Below, one piece after another: positions 25,926 through 39,759 of a DNA stretch of 64,000 bases (positions are counted from its first letter, which is position 1; each line of letters begins with the position of its first letter). The position numbers and the translations under genes are program-made. This DNA is from Hormiphora californensis. Its lineage: Eukaryota; Animalia; Ctenophora. The notes beneath the pieces are model-generated. The model was not told the origin of the DNA and searched no databases. It worked only from the letters and a program-made list of their open reading frames with translations. The stretch is from assembly GCA_020137815.1 (NCBI GenBank), contig CM035354.1, positions 2,294,001-2,358,000 on the forward strand, written 5' to 3'.

Positions 25926-26089
25926 GGTAGCAGGTGCTGCAGGTGAGGGATGGGATGTTAGATCATATATAGTGAGAGAGGGAGAGAGAGAGAGAGAGTG
26001 ACAGAGAAAAAGAGATGGCTAGAGAGAGGGAAGGGGTAAAGAATAAATGGGCGGAGAGTAGTAGAGAGTTAAAGAGGACTGAATGGCAG

Positions 26090-27420
26090 CCAAGGGGATT
26101 AGGATGGGCAATTGGCAACCTTCCAGTATGAGTGAAGAGGGGGATGGAGAGAGGAGGGGGGTGGGAAAAAGAAAGAAATGGGGGGAAAAAAAATTTTCCC
26201 AAGGGGTTTTAAAAAAAAAGAAAAGTCGGAGAAAAAAAACCCCCTTAAAGGGGAAAAGTAGGGAAAAAACCCAGAAGCCCCCCAAAAGGGAAAAAAAAAA
26301 GGGGCCCCTTTACGGAAATTTTTTTGGAAAAGGGGACGGGCCCCCAAAGGGGAAGGGGGAGGGGGCCCAAAGGGAAGAAAAAAACCTGAAAAAAAGGGAA
26401 AAAGAAAAAAAAGGGGGAGGAGAAAAAAAAAAAAGGGGGGGGAAAAGACAAGGGGGGGGGGAAAAGGAAAAAAAGGGGGAGAGAAAAGAGAAAAAAGGGG
26501 AAGGGGGAGAAAAGGGGGGGGGCAAATAAAGGGGGAAAGGGGGAAAGCAGAGAGGGGAGGGGGAGGGAGGGGGGAAAAGGAGAGAGAGGAGGGGGGGAAA
26601 AGGAGGGGAAAGAGGGGAAGAAAAGGAAAGAAGAGAGAAAGGGGGGGGGGGGAAAAAGGGAAAAAAAGGGGGAGAGAAAAAAGGGGAAAGAGGAGGGGGA
26701 AAAAGGGGGAAGGGGAAGGGGAAAGGGAAAAAAAAGGGGAGGGAGGAGGGGAGAGAAAGAGGAGAGAAGGGGGGGAAAGAGGAGGAGGGGGGGGAAGGAG
26801 GAAAGGGGGGGGAAAAAGCAGGAAGGGGGAAAAAAAGGGGAAGGGGGGGGAAGGGGGTAAAGAGAGGGAAAAGGAAGAGGAAAAAAGGGGGAAAGGGGGG
26901 GAAAAAAAGGGAGAGAAAAGGGAAAAAAGGGGGGGAGGGGAAAGGGAGTGGGAGGGGAGGAAAAGGGAGGAGAGGGGGGAGAGGAGGGAAAGAGGGGAGG
27001 GAAAAACGAGGAGGGGGGAAAAGGGGGGGAAAAAAGGGGGGAAAAGGGAGGAGAAAAAAAAGGGAAAGGGGGAAAGAGAAAAGGGAAGAGAGGAGGGGGG
27101 AGAGAGAGGAAAAGGAGAGAAAAGGGAGAGGGAGGAGAGGGAGAAGAGATGGAAAGAGAGAAAAAGGGGGAAAAAGGGGGGGGGAAGAAAGGGGGGGGGT
27201 AAAGATAAATACACAGAGAAGGAGAGAGTTAAAAAAAAAACTTTTAGAAAAAACAAAAAAATTTTTTGGAAAAAAAAAAAAACCCCCCAAAAAATTTTCA
27301 CATCTTAAAAAAATTTAATTGGGCGGAAATAAAATTTTTTAAAACAACTAACAAAAAATCCCCACAAAACCCCCCCATTTGGTGTTCCCCAAAGAAGAAA
27401 TCTTGATTTTTTTTTTTTAA
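26090..27420. other. Low-complexity G/A homopolymer tract, probably a low-quality read through a GA microsatellite
   Basis: Almost purely purine, with irregular G and A runs. The long Pro/Phe/Leu and Gly/Lys ORFs are compositional artefacts. Confidence 0.75.
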
Positions 27421-27428
27421 AACTTCCA

Positions 27429-28117
27429 TTGTTCCTTCACAAATACATCCCTGACAGACACGACAGGCGTACAACTAGACAACAGACAAACCGGGACCAA
27501 ACAGACATCATTTGCACACATAACCCTAATATTGACGCTTTTAAACATAGTTATTTTTACCGTATCCATGTGGAATGGAATAACCTTCCGCATGACCTAC
27601 GAGGCCTAGATTCTCATGATGCCTTTGTGGCCAAGCTCAAAGATTATCTCTGGAATAACATTCCAAATTCGTAAATTCGCGGCTGTGCTATTGACTTCAC
27701 CTACTTTCTAAACTTTAGATCAATCTTTCCTATCTCATGGACTTCAAATTATTTATTTCTTTGGTGTGGTGTTGAAGAGTTGAAACTATACAACAAGCAA
27801 TCGCACAGTCGCGAATCTAATCACATAATTGATTACAAGACATTGACAAACAAGAATTTTGGGGGGTCGGCTAGGGAGGGGGAAATAATCAATATATTAT
27901 CTATAGTAGCCATATTATATCTTGTTTATTCTATTAAAAATATGCTGTATTAGTCTGTTTGTCCGTAGTGTGTGAGAACTGTCTGTGTGTGCATTTTTTA
28001 GAGTATTTTGAGGTGTAAGCGCTCCGTCTATATTGACACTCCGTCAATAGGAGCCAACCGGGATATGCATTGTCTTTATAAATATATCGATTTTTATCCT
28101 TTTCCAAATCAAATCAA
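27429..28117 (+). mobile_element. 3' remnant of a non-LTR retrotransposon (L2/CR1-like ORF2 C-terminus, 3' UTR and (CAAAT)n tail)
   Basis: FKHSYFYRIHVEWNNLPHDLR...FVAKLK is the typical post-RT C-terminal F..R....WN.LP motif. It is followed by a hairpin near 28020-28054 and a CAAATCAAATCAA tail. Confidence 0.7.
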
Positions 28118-28366
28118 CACAATATAATCAGCTCATTTCCACTATCTTGGAACACAATACAGGAAAAGTAAACATTTTTTCATAAAACACACTCGCAAAC
28201 AAACACCCATTCGCTCCACAGACAGACATACAAACATGTGTGTTACCAGATCTGGAGACACAATAATTCTTGTTACACAGATCGTGTGTAACAATGTGTG
28301 TAACACACAGTCTCCAGTATCATTCTCTCTCTCTACATGCCCAGATATTTAATATCACCCCTTGTA

Positions 28367-28417
28367 CAGGGTGTCCCATTGTCTTCGCAGGTCATGCAAA
28401 GACAGTGGGACACCCTG
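28367..28417. mobile_element. 51-bp internally deleted derivative of the 35697-36899 element, TA TSD
   Basis: TA-CAGGGTGTCCCA...TGGGACACCCTG-TA. Confidence 0.75.
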
Positions 28418-28634
28418 TATGTCAACTAGTATGTATCCAGGTATATCCCTATCCTTTTATGGTGTTCAGCTGTTACTACCTTTCCACCTGGATATATATT
28501 GACAAATGTGTGCCACATTGATACCAGAGTCCAGAGTGGATATTGACACATGTGTGTGCCACATTAATACCAGATGGGAACTAATATATTACACCACACG
28601 TCTAACGATCAGTGTTGCATTAAACAGCCCCACC

Positions 28635-29132
28635 TCAACGTTGGACAGGATTAGGAACAAAGAGAGGATCTAACGGTGATCGGAGGGGTGGTGGTGTTGT
28701 GCTGGTACTCGCCATCCGCGGATAAACACACGACCTAAAGAGGAGCAAGGCCAGGATAATAAAAACTGGTATAAACACCGTCGTCAGGGAGTGTTTCAAG
28801 GTGTTTTCCATCCGTTGGCATAGCAACGCTTCAAAGGACAGCACAAGGGCGGTAAATGCAATTGTCCACAGGAACTTGGGGATGCCACGATGACGTCTAG
28901 CATGACAGTGGAAGTGCCTGCGGAGGTAGACTATCAACCTGAAGTAGATCCACATTCCATTGGCCACCCAGACAGGTGCAAACACCGTCCACCACGTGAT
29001 TGAGATGTTGTTTTCCAGTTTCAGGGGGGTCAGGATGGAGGTTATGAGGACGGAGAGAAGGTGGATGGACAGCTCAAAGGGCGATACTCCCAACCATTCG
29101 GCTGTTTCTCGGATCGTTAACACACGCAACAT
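28635..29132 (-). CDS. TMEM203: Transmembrane protein 203, single coding exon
   Basis: RETAEWLGVSPFELSIHLLS...WWTVFAPVWVANG..IYFRLIV...FEALLCQRME...VFIPVFIIL..LLFRSC matches TMEM203. Confidence 0.88.
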   Translation of the reverse strand: MLRVLTIRETAEWLGVSPFELSIHLLSVLITSILTPLKLENNISITWWTVFAPVWVANGMWIYFRLIVYLRRHFHCHARRHRGIPKFLWTIAFTALVLSFEALLCQRMENTLKHSLTTVFIPVFIILALLLFRSCVYPRMASTSTTPPPLRSPLDPLFVPNPVQR

Positions 29133-29329
29133 ATTCCTTCCCTGAGATTATATTTCGGTAGGAAATTATGGGAGTCGTAATGAGAGGAGAGAGGGTGAGA
29201 TTAGATCAGGGGGATCGGGAGTGGGAGACGATGAGAATGAGGAGGATAGGAAAGGAAGGAATGTGGAGTGACCACTGTGTTAAATAATCAGCGTCCTATC
29301 AAAAGAAGAGGATGGATAGAGAAGGAGAG

Positions 29330-29372
<43 letters not shown>

Positions 29373-29373
29373 T

Positions 29374-29542
<169 letters not shown>

Positions 29543-29792
29543 CTTGGAGGTGTTACGTCATGTAAAAAGGTGTGAAGTTGCAAATGTATCCATTTGTTAG
29601 GAATACAAATATTTTGAAAGGTAATGGAAAGAATAAATCCGGGAAGAGAAAAAATTAAAAAGCACACATTATAAACGGACTCGGTTCGGATTTAATAAGA
29701 GATAATTCCAAATCAAACGAATCATTTTGTTCTCCCTACACAAAAGACAACAACACAAACACTCACACTGCATCCTAAGACATTACACAGTA

Positions 29793-29936
29793 CAGTCGGA
29801 CCCCGATTTACCGGGATGCTCGGGGGAAAGGGTTTTGCCCGGTAAATCGCGGTGCCCGGTATATCGGGGTCAAATGCCGTTGATTTCCTATTTCGGGGGA
29901 AGATTATAATCCTCCCGGTAAATCGGGGTCCGACTG
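29793..29936. mobile_element. Tc1/mariner(pogo)-type MITE, TA TSD
   Basis: TIR CAGTCGGACCCCGATTTACCGGGA. Another copy lies at 31992-32148, with partial copies at ~16200-16255 and ~56430-56580. Confidence 0.85.
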
Positions 29937-30115
29937 TATATCTCTCTCTTCCTCAGTCTCTCCCGCTCTTTCCATAGAAGGAAAGTTGAAAGAGAGGGCA
30001 TGTAAAGTGGGTATCAAAAATTGGTAAAAATGTAACTTCCTAGCACTCTAAAACATATCTCTAAATATATACTTCTCCCTCGACTAACATGCTAACATAT
30101 ATCTCTCTTTCCCTC

Positions 30116-31556
30116 TCACTTGGCAGGTCCTGCTCTCACAGGATCAAAATAGTTCACAGCCATCGCCTCCTTAGCAGTAAACCTAGTCATGTGATTGAAC
30201 CTCAACAATCCATCCAAGAGATTCAGCGCCTGATCGTTCACTAGATGCGTGTTCTCGGTGCTCCTGAATCTGTCCCACCGCTTCTTGGAGTGCCGGCCTA
30301 TCTGGCAGCTCAGTCTGTCATCAAGGGACACCTCCAGACCCTCCAACCAGTTGAACAGATCATCAGTTCCCAGGACTTTGACAATCTTTGCCAGTTGGTT
30401 GTTGTTGTCGAAACCGTTGAAGAAAGGCTCCTTGCGGAATATAATCCCAGCGAACATGCACCCCAGGCTCCACATGTCGAGGGAGTAGTCGTAGTACTGG
30501 AAATCAACTAGTAACTCAGGTCCCTTGAAGTGTCGCGATGAAACACGGACATTGTACGCTTCTAGTGGATGGTAAAACTCCGCCAGACCCCAGTCGATCA
30601 GTCTGAGGGTCTTCTTCTGGTGATCAATAACAACGTTATGGGGCTTTACATCACGGTGCATGATACCCAGACTGTGACAATAATCAAGGGCTTTCAGCAA
30701 CTCGAAAATGTAATACCGCACATCCGAATCTGTGAAGGTCGGGTACAGAAACTTGTGATCGGTCGAATTTACAAACTCGAATATGAGAGCGGGAACTTTT
30801 GAGAAGGGATCTTTAACCGCCTCAATGAAGTTAATACAATTAGGCCCGCCTCTGATGTTTTCCAGGATCAATATCTCCCTCTTCATTTTCCTCCTTTTCA
30901 CGGGTTTGAGGACCTTACAGACGACCTTGGTATCATTCTTCATGTCATGTCCCTGGAACACCTCGCTGTACTTGCCCCTCCCTAGCTTCTTAACCAGCTG
31001 GTATCGTTCACTGTCATTCCACGTGATCGTACTGTTGTCGTAATCCCACCACGTACTATCTTTTGTGGAGTTCACATCCGGGTACACTCGGGCTGTCGTT
31101 CGCGCCGTACTGAGAGGGGAGGAAGGGGGGTTAGGGACGCTGGGAGGGTGGTCAGTGTACGCAGTACTTAGTGGAGGGGGGGGGGCTGGGAGTGCTACTG
31201 GACCCAGCACTGAGAGGGGAGAGAAAGGGGGGTTAGTGACGCTGGGAGGGTGGTCAGTGTACGCAGTACTTAGTGGAGGGGGATGATGGGGGCTGGGAGT
31301 GCTACTGGACCCAGCACTGAGAGGGGAGAGAAAGGGGGTTAGAGGAAGCTGGGAGTGCATGTAATGGACCCAGCACTGAGAGGTACATAGATTTGAATGA
31401 AGGGGTTTTATTAACAAAGATCCCAAGATGGGGTTTTAAGATGGGGATTTATTAACAAAGATGGGGTTTTATTAACACGGATATACAAAGAGGTACGTAC
31501 GGTTTTCTCATCATCTGAACGGGCTGACCAACTGGGCTATACACATGCTGAGACAT
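30116..31556 (-). CDS. CSNK2A1: Casein kinase II alpha-like catalytic subunit (divergent)
   Basis: Exon 1 31556-31501 ([19 protein letters not shown], phase 2) splices to 31109-30116: [50 protein letters not shown]. Confidence 0.9.
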
Positions 31557-31694
31557 GCTACAACAAGGCAGGGTGATAGAGTGAGATGTGAGAGAAAACA
31601 ACAATGCAAGTATGCCACATATTTTTGGAGAATGACAGTGAGTGAGAGAGAGTGAAAGAGAGAGAGAGAGAGATAGAGAGAAAGAGAGAGAAAG

Positions 31695-31725
<31 letters not shown>

Positions 31726-31796
31726 GGGAGACAGAGAGAGAGAGATGGAGACAGAGAGAGAGAGAGGGAGAGAGAGACAGAGAGAGACAGAGAAAG

Positions 31797-31843
<47 letters not shown>

Positions 31844-31991
31844 ACGTCACGTCCAAATGTCAATAATCATCCATCACACCACGAAGTATTGAAGAGAAAA
31901 ATAAACATAGTCAGTATGCATAACGGGCTTGTCACAAAACACGTAATCCGGGAGAGTGATATATATGAAATACAGGCAACAATGCTAACTA

Positions 31992-32148
31992 CAGTCGGAC
32001 CCCGATTTACCGGAACTCCGATTTACCGGAAGGATATATTTCCCCCGATATAGGAAATTAACGGTTTTTGACCCCGATATACCGGGCACCCCGATTTACC
32101 GGGCAAAACCCTTTCCCCCGAGCATCCCGGTAAATCGGGGTCCGACTG
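31992..32148. mobile_element. MITE (same family as 29793-29936) with an empty site in the duplicated block
   Basis: Filled site GCTAAC-TA-[element]-TA-TCTTTA versus empty GCTAACTATCTTTA at ~41156-41169. Confidence 0.9.
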
Positions 32149-33475
32149 TATCTTTATTCTTTACCTTGTTTTGTTTTGCATTGTTGAATGCTGGTAGCTA
32201 TTGGAGCTAGAGGGAAATCTAGGAAAATGTGGGTAATGCTACAACAAGGTAATTTACAAAAGTAGACATATATAATTACAAATGCTGTCATACACGATGG
32301 GTGTTTGAACAAAATATGTAAGCCACTAATTTTAATCATGGACGCAAAATTCAGATAACAGTAAAAAACACAAAACACGGTGTTCAAGCATTTCCGACCA
32401 CGGTAAGTTATTTGGCAAACGCTGCTGGCCCAAGCCGCCAGTGCAGGATAAGGCAGCGCTTTTCAAGTAAGTTATTATTGCCAATGACGTTATTTATTTA
32501 ACATTGGATGATCAAAATGTACGTTTTAACATTTCTTCTTGCCCACGTAAATTCAATCAAAACTGGTTCTTGGAGCAAAACTGAATATGAACTTCACAAT
32601 TTATATCGAGTCAATATAAGAAAATATATGACTCTCCCGCTCTTACACTTTAGGGTAAACTGGGGTAAAATAGTCCATTTTTTAACGTTTTAGGTGCGCT
32701 GTGACTGGCTGAAATTTCTGACGATTGAAAATTTAAGCCAATCACAGCGCAGATTTCGAATTTTTCTTCCCACGCTACCGTGGGAAAAACTGTAATGGCT
32801 TAAATGGTGTAAACGCTGTGTAAATACTGAACTTTTTTAGGGATCCCTATTTAATGGACTTAATAGTGAGTTTTTTGAAAAAATTTTATACCAAGTTTTA
32901 GAAGGATGAAAAAGACCTAACTGACAGTTCTTGCAAAATTAAAATCGGCCAACTCAAACAGAAATCACAGCAGTTTTAAAGCAACAAGTATCATTGCATT
33001 ATGTATTCATAATGCTGTGTTTCCCTGCCCTACCGTTTCACGTGTCACTGTCAACAGGATCAAGGCTTGGTCATAATGTAATGTGAGATGCATACGATCT
33101 AGCTGTCAGTATACTTCTCACATAGCTTAGTTTACTCACAGGACACTTGCTAACCAGCTTTTGACATTCCAACTTAACTACTTATCTAACCTCTCACACT
33201 CGACTCGCAAGATGACAATGTGTATGTAACACGCGAAACACGCGGCAGCGCTATTCATGTTTTGTTGAGTGGCGCGCGCATACACGTCCATCAAACTGTG
33301 TCATTGGAAGTTTTGATAAAGGAGCACCTTGTTGTTGTACGCGCGGCTCAGTTGCTACGCTGAGTACACCGGGTGGTACCGGGTTGCCCCTCGCAACGAA
33401 AGTGTGACCAAAATGGTCCCTCTACCAATTTAGTTAGTATACCAAAATGTCGTTTTCGAATTCTAACCCTGCTAT

Positions 33476-33649
33476 GGAGGCGAGACACTGTGTTGAGACG
33501 CGCACCATTGCGACACGCATTTTGGCTTTGCGACGCGCATTTAAGCATTGCGACGCGCATGTGCACGTCGCAAAGCCAAAATGCGCGTCGCAATGCGCGT
33601 CGCAATGCGCGTCGCAATGGTGCGCGTCTCAACACAGTGTCTCGCCTCC
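33476..33649. mobile_element. Palindromic MITE with AT dinucleotide TSD
   Basis: GGAGGCGAGACACTGTGTTGAGACGCGCACCATTGCGAC and its reverse complement bound the element. The empty site CCTGCTATGCC is at ~34703. Confidence 0.85.
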
Positions 33650-34745
33650 ATGCCTTTTTACAGAGTAAAAAAGCATCCGGGTGAATGCCTTCGGCATTCA
33701 CCCGGGCAGGGAAAAAATACGGAACAGAACGAGCAGGTCTCCGCAGGGGCGGTCACGGCTTTCAGCCGCTCTGGCCAATACGTGGCCGGAAAATTTTTAA
33801 CTCACACGTTCCGTCGAAATACCCAATGCGGACGGTCCGCATTGGCTATTTTGACGTAGCGTGCGGATCAATAAATACTGCGACGGCAAAAAACCTGTGT
33901 GGTGTGCAGATTACACAAAAAATTCCATTCCAAAACATCAAATTTCGAGAAAAATTGACCCTTTTCCTTGAAATTTTTCTTTTTCTTTCCATGATCCGAA
34001 GTGAAAATGCGGACGCGGACGCATCGTCCGCATGGCAGAGCCGCCCATGGGTCTCCGCTGGAGAAAAAGTCACGTGACCACATGTAATAACTTGGACCGT
34101 TTTGCCTCATATATGTGCCACTTTGCACCGTGGACCATTTTACCCCAGTTTACCGGGGTAAACATTTGCCAAATCGCGCCCCGAAAAAACGTGTAAAATT
34201 TTGTTCCAACAAGAATTATTGCATTATGTATTCATAATGCTGTGTTTCCCTGCCCTACCGTTTCACATGTCAGTGACATTGTCACTGCCAACAGGATCAA
34301 GGCTTGGTCATAATGTAATGTGAGATGCATACGATCTAGCTGTCAGTATACTTCTCACATAGCTTAGAGTTAGCTAACTCCCAATCACATGACACTTGCT
34401 AGTTGCTAACCAGCTTTTGACATTCCAACTTAACTACTTATCTAACATCTCACACTCGACTCGCAAGATGAAAATGTGTATGTAACACGCGAAACGCGCG
34501 GCAGAGCATTTCATGTTTTGTTGAGTGGCGCACGCGCACACGTCCATCAAACTGTGTCAATGAGTTGTTTGATGAAGGAGTAGCTCGTCACTGTGCGCGC
34601 GGCTCTAGTTGCTACACCGTTGCCCTCGCAACGAAAGTGTGACCAAAAAATGTCCCTCTACCGATTAGTTAGTATACAAAAATGTCGTTTTCGAATTCTA
34701 ACCCTGCTATGCCTTTTTACAAAGTAAAAAGGCATCCGGGTGAAT

Positions 34746-35039
34746 AGGGATCCCTAAAAAAGTTCAGTATTTACACAGAGTTTACACAGTCTTTACACAG
34801 TCATTACACCCAGAGCGGCGCGTGCTGCGTTTTGCGGCTTTTTCTAAGAAAATATTGGATTGTGTGCTGCACAATTGAGTAAATTGAGCGCTGCGGCGAA
34901 AAAATTTTCCGAAAACGCTGCAAATCGAGTGCGAAAGACGCAGTCTTTACACCCAGAGCGGCGCGGGCGCTCTGGGTGTAACGACTGTGTAAAGACTGTG
35001 TAAACTCTGTGTAAATACTGAACTTTTTTAGGGATCCCT
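34746..35039. mobile_element. MITE with AT TSD (TIR AGGGATCCCTAAAAAAGTTCAGTATTTACACAGAG...)
   Basis: The empty site GGTGAATGCC is at ~33680. A further copy end lies at ~32815-32849. Confidence 0.85.
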
Positions 35040-35696
35040 ATGCCTTCGGCATTCACCCGGGCAGGGAAAAAATCACAGCGCAAGACAGCAGCTCAGCTTC
35101 ATATCAGCCCGATCCAAGCGCGGCCCGGTGGATCATTTTACAGTAGCGCGCTAATATATATAATAATATAACTAAATACGGTTAACTCCGCCGTGTATTG
35201 ACGCGCAATAAAAAAGTAGTCCGATCCGGCCAAATTCAACAAAAACAAAAACCAAACTTTAAAAACCTTAAAAACGGCCCTTTTTTTAATAACACGTGGC
35301 TCTCCTGGATCTCTTTTGTATTTTTAAGGCTGAGAAATGAAGCAATAAAGCTATCTGATAAACCAGACTTAGAATCTGGGTACCACAGAAGTTAGTATTC
35401 GCGATTTAGACCAACTTAGGACTGAGTTTACAATTTGGTTTGCTTGTTAAAGGCCTTGAATTAGCTCTGAGCTCTCGAATAATCTTTGGATATGTAGTTT
35501 AGGATGACAGAATGATTTTCTTCAGTGGGATCTGACCAGTGACCAAAATATTAAATAAATGGTGCGACTTGTTCGACTTTTCCAGTATGTTTCATACATC
35601 GGAGGCTCCGATTCGGAGCCCGCCTCTGCCTGCCACACACGAAAATTTTCATCTATGTGTGAAATTCGAGGTCGCCGGTATTTCATCCTATTACTA

Positions 35697-36899
35697 CAGG
35701 GTGTCCCACTGTCTTTGCGTGACCTGCGATTTTGGGTCATGACCGGGCTCCATTAAACTAACCAAAACTCATCGAAAAATTGATCAAAATGGTTCTAACA
35801 AAAACCAATGTTTTAGAGAATTGTCTGGCGAACATTTTGGTTGCAAGATTGACGTTCCAAGTCTTAGCAATCGTCAGATATATCGTCGTAAAGTCAAAAT
35901 TACGTGTTCATGAAATCCGACCGGGGTTCACGTTTTGAAAAATTCACAAATGCAAAGTTGCTCGGATCACATTGCATCCCTCATAAGAGTTGTAGGAAAT
36001 TGTTTGGCGGTCATTTTGGTACCCGGGTTTTTGTCCTAGCTCAATGTTTAGAGTGTCTTATGACTGTCAGAATTGGAATTTTCCCAAAAGTGGTCTCAGG
36101 TATCGCATTGCATTTTCCCCTGTTATGAAGCTCATAGCTGCTTGAATAACATCTTAGTGCATGATAGGGTTAAGATAGACCACTTGCGTATCCTACATAT
36201 TAACAGGGGCCTTGCCAAATCGTCATAACAACCCTGTCAAGTGTCTAGATGAAATTAAGACGATATGTGCTGATTATCATGGGATTACACACGACACCGA
36301 GCCACCTAATTAGGGGTTGTGAGCCGATACCAAGTAAGACTCAGCATAGAAAAAGCTTCATGTTCCTACAGTCATAACGCAACTTAAACGTAGAGCTATG
36401 GAAAAAACCATGGTATCAAAATGAACCTTAGACGATTCCAATGAAGCTCTTGTAAATTTCAAATCATTTTACCTATTTGTTGATGACACGTGATCCCCTC
36501 AAAAATGTTGGTCGAATTTCGTCTTTGGACAGTCATAAGACACTCTAAACATTAAGCTAGGACAAAAACCCGGGTACCAAAATGACCGCCAGACAATTTT
36601 CCACAACTCTTATGAGGGATGCAATGTGATCCGAGCAACTTTGCATTTGTGAATTTTTCAAAACGTGAACCCCGGTCGGATTTCTTGAACACGTATTTTT
36701 GACTTTAAGACGATATATCTGACGATTGGTAAGACTTGGAACGTCAATCTTGGAACCTAAATGTTCGCCAGACAATTCTCTAGAACACTGGTTTTTGTTA
36801 GAACCATTTCGACCAATTTTTCGATGAGTTTTGATTAATTTGACGGAACCCGGTCATGACCAGTAATCGCAGGTCACGCAAAGACAGTGGGACACCCTG
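35697..36899. mobile_element. 1.2-kb non-autonomous Tc1/mariner-type element with ~370-bp TIRs, TA TSD
   Basis: CAGGGTGTCCCACTGTCTTTGCGTGACC ends. The element is absent at the paralogous site ~44045 (CCTATTACTACTACTCATACG). Confidence 0.88.
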
Positions 36900-39529
36900 T
36901 ACTACTCATACGCCCCATAAACTTTTGGCCATTAGAATACCTCTTGACTAGGGAAAGAGTAGAATTAGCATACTTATGTTCAGGTTATACTAACATTCAA
37001 TGGCTTCTTTAAAGAGATTCTTTGGACTTTGATCGCCATCGCGACTCCATTACCTAGATACACCTGGTAAAACGATGTGGATAATCAACTTCATGTTCCT
37101 TCGCCTCCCGTCCGGCATCCCATATATAGCTCAACAATAATGTCCTGACTCTTATTATTATAATGACCGATGCAATGATGCATGACCTGTCATATTATTT
37201 ACAACGATTATTATTTATGTCGCTGACATTAAATAACTGATTCAGATTAAATTGTACTGTGTAGTGTATTCTGTAAGGATCATTACCAATAAATAGTTGT
37301 TTTGCCCAGACGGTGCAGGAGACTGGTTGCCTTGTTAGCTGCTCGACCCTCTCTTTGAACAAAAGTGAGGCTGGAGTGAGAAGAAAGTTTGTGAAAGTTC
37401 CTAGTGTACCTACATACTTGCCCAGGCACTTTTAGAAGAAGAGGACATTGGAATAGTTGTGTTGTTTAGACGCCTAAATAACCAACGTTATTTGTGTGAA
37501 TAAGTAGAACAACTTGCATATTTGATCAAATCGAAATAAAGGTCGGCAAAATAGAGGAGATAAAAAAGCACGCTGTCGGTTCGCGCTGGTATCTGTTCGG
37601 GAGGTCAATTTAGGAGACTTTTCCGTACAGTTTTTTAGGTTACGGTTCTTGTACTAGATTGGGACCGGGGGGTTAACCAACTTATGGAGGGGGGCTGGGA
37701 GTGCTACTGGACCCAGCACTGAGAGGGGAGAGAAAGGGGGGTTAGAGGAAGCTGGGAGTGCATGTACTGGACCCAGTACTAAGAGGTACATAGATATGAA
37801 ACCCGATAGCAGATTTATCAGTCGTTTGAAGAATTTGCGCGCACATGATAACCGCCACTGGGAGATTTAACACCCTCCTCGCATTTTGACAGCCAGTTCC
37901 CTTTTCACCGCGTTTCTCCTTCATTTGAATAACATGCGTGTAAATTCTAAAGAAATTGAAAATGTGTGAAAACCACCAGTTCTGTCACAAAAGAAAGGGA
38001 AACATGTCTGCAACACGTTTAAATTTGTTATCTCTCTCATAAGGAGTGAAAGAATCACATTCCATTCATTTCTCTCTCTCATTGTCTCTTTTACTGTTCA
38101 CTCCCCTCTGACAGTGTGTTATTGGGCCCCCTAATCTTTCCTCCTTTCTCAAACATGTTAGGAACATTAGAAAAACTAATTTCTACACACATTTTCAGGG
38201 TGTCTGTTGACTATTTTCCACAGTCCTAGTGTGTTTTCACCTTGTTTTTGTGTCTCTTATTTGTGTTTTAATTACAAAAATCCGGGTTTCATAAAATATG
38301 AACGTTTGTTAGCCTATCGCGTTATAGGTTTTAAATCCCTCCCCCCACCCTCGGCTGGCGCCTCGGGATCGGCGTCGGTTTTAAACCATTTTTAATCGCC
38401 CTGCCGGGCGATTAAACTCCAGTTGGCTGTCCCCAGCTTCGCCTGGGAACCCGCCAAAATTTATAAAGCCCCCCGGGCTACAAACGTTCATTTCTTCATT
38501 TTGAATGAAAGGTTTATTAACAAAGATCCAAGATGGGGTTTTAAGATGGGGATTTTATTAACAAGATGGGGTTTTATTAACACGGATATACAAAGAGGTA
38601 CGTACGGTTTTCTCATCATCTGAACGGGCTGACCAACTGGGCTATACACATGCTGAGACATGCTACAACAAGGCAGGGTGATAGAATGAGATGTTTTGCA
38701 AAAGGGAAGCTTCCCCCGTCCGACCCGAAGTTGGGGAAACAATTTTTTGGGTTTTTTGTTTGTCCCAAAACCCGGGAAGGGTTTCAAATTTTCAAAAACT
38801 TCATACTTCTCCAAAAGATCCCATCTTTCCCGTTTTTAATCCCAAAATCCTATTTTAAAAAAAAGAGACCAAAAATAACGGCCAAAAAAAAATGTGAAAA
38901 AGCCCTTTCATTAATGGAGTAAATAAAAACAATTTTTTTATTTTAAAGGCCGGTTTTTAAAAACAAAAAAAAAAGAAACTTTAAAAAAATTTTTCCAAAA
39001 GAAATTTTCTTTTTATATGGGAACCAAAATCCTTTTCATGGTAAAACCCAAACGAACTTATCAAAATTTTTCGCCAGCACTGGATGAAAATTTATCCCTT
39101 TCCTTTTGCACCTGAAAGGGTTTGGGTTTCGAAATTTCCCCTTGCCCGCGTTTGCACGCGGGAAAGGGCCCCGGCCCACAGAAATGTGGTGGTTTTTCCC
39201 TTTGATACCAACCCAGGCTTGTGAACAAAAAGGGGGGCGTTTTTTATGCTTTTTTTGTTATAAAAAACCCCAAAAAAATAATTTTTATTACTTTCACAAA
39301 GGCTCAAAGTTTGAAAAATCAAATTTTCCCAAAAATTGGGCAGGGGCCCCCCCCCAAAAATTAATTCCTTTTAATAAATTTAAAATTAATTTTTTACTTC
39401 CCACTTTCTGTTGACTAGTGGACCCACACCATCCCTACGGATGGTTTAAACCTGATCGTTTTTTCATATCTTCTCACTTCTCAGTTTCCTCTTAGTACTC
39501 TCTCTCTCCCCACTTCTCCCCCCCCCCCC

Positions 39530-39571
<42 letters not shown>

Positions 39572-39759
39572 CTTTCCTCCCTCTCTCTCTCTCTCCTCTG
39601 TCTCACTTGGGTGATCTGATCATGGGTGGGGTGATCTGATCCTCTATGGGATGAATCTTGATCTTGGGTGGGGGATCTGATCCTCAGTGGGGTGATCTGA
39701 TCATGCACGTGGGTTGCTCCTAGCATGCTACTTGTTACGTGATCTGATCTTGATGACGA

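Noticed and set aside
26083-27301. Long ORFs of 326-400 aa (Pro/Phe/Leu-rich or Gly/Lys-rich)
   Set aside because: Stop-free only because the tract is nearly pure G/A. It looks like degraded sequence after a microsatellite.
38690-39420. AT-rich ORFs with homopolymer runs (also 40540-41020)
   Set aside because: The pattern fits low-quality read tails, with no protein-like content.
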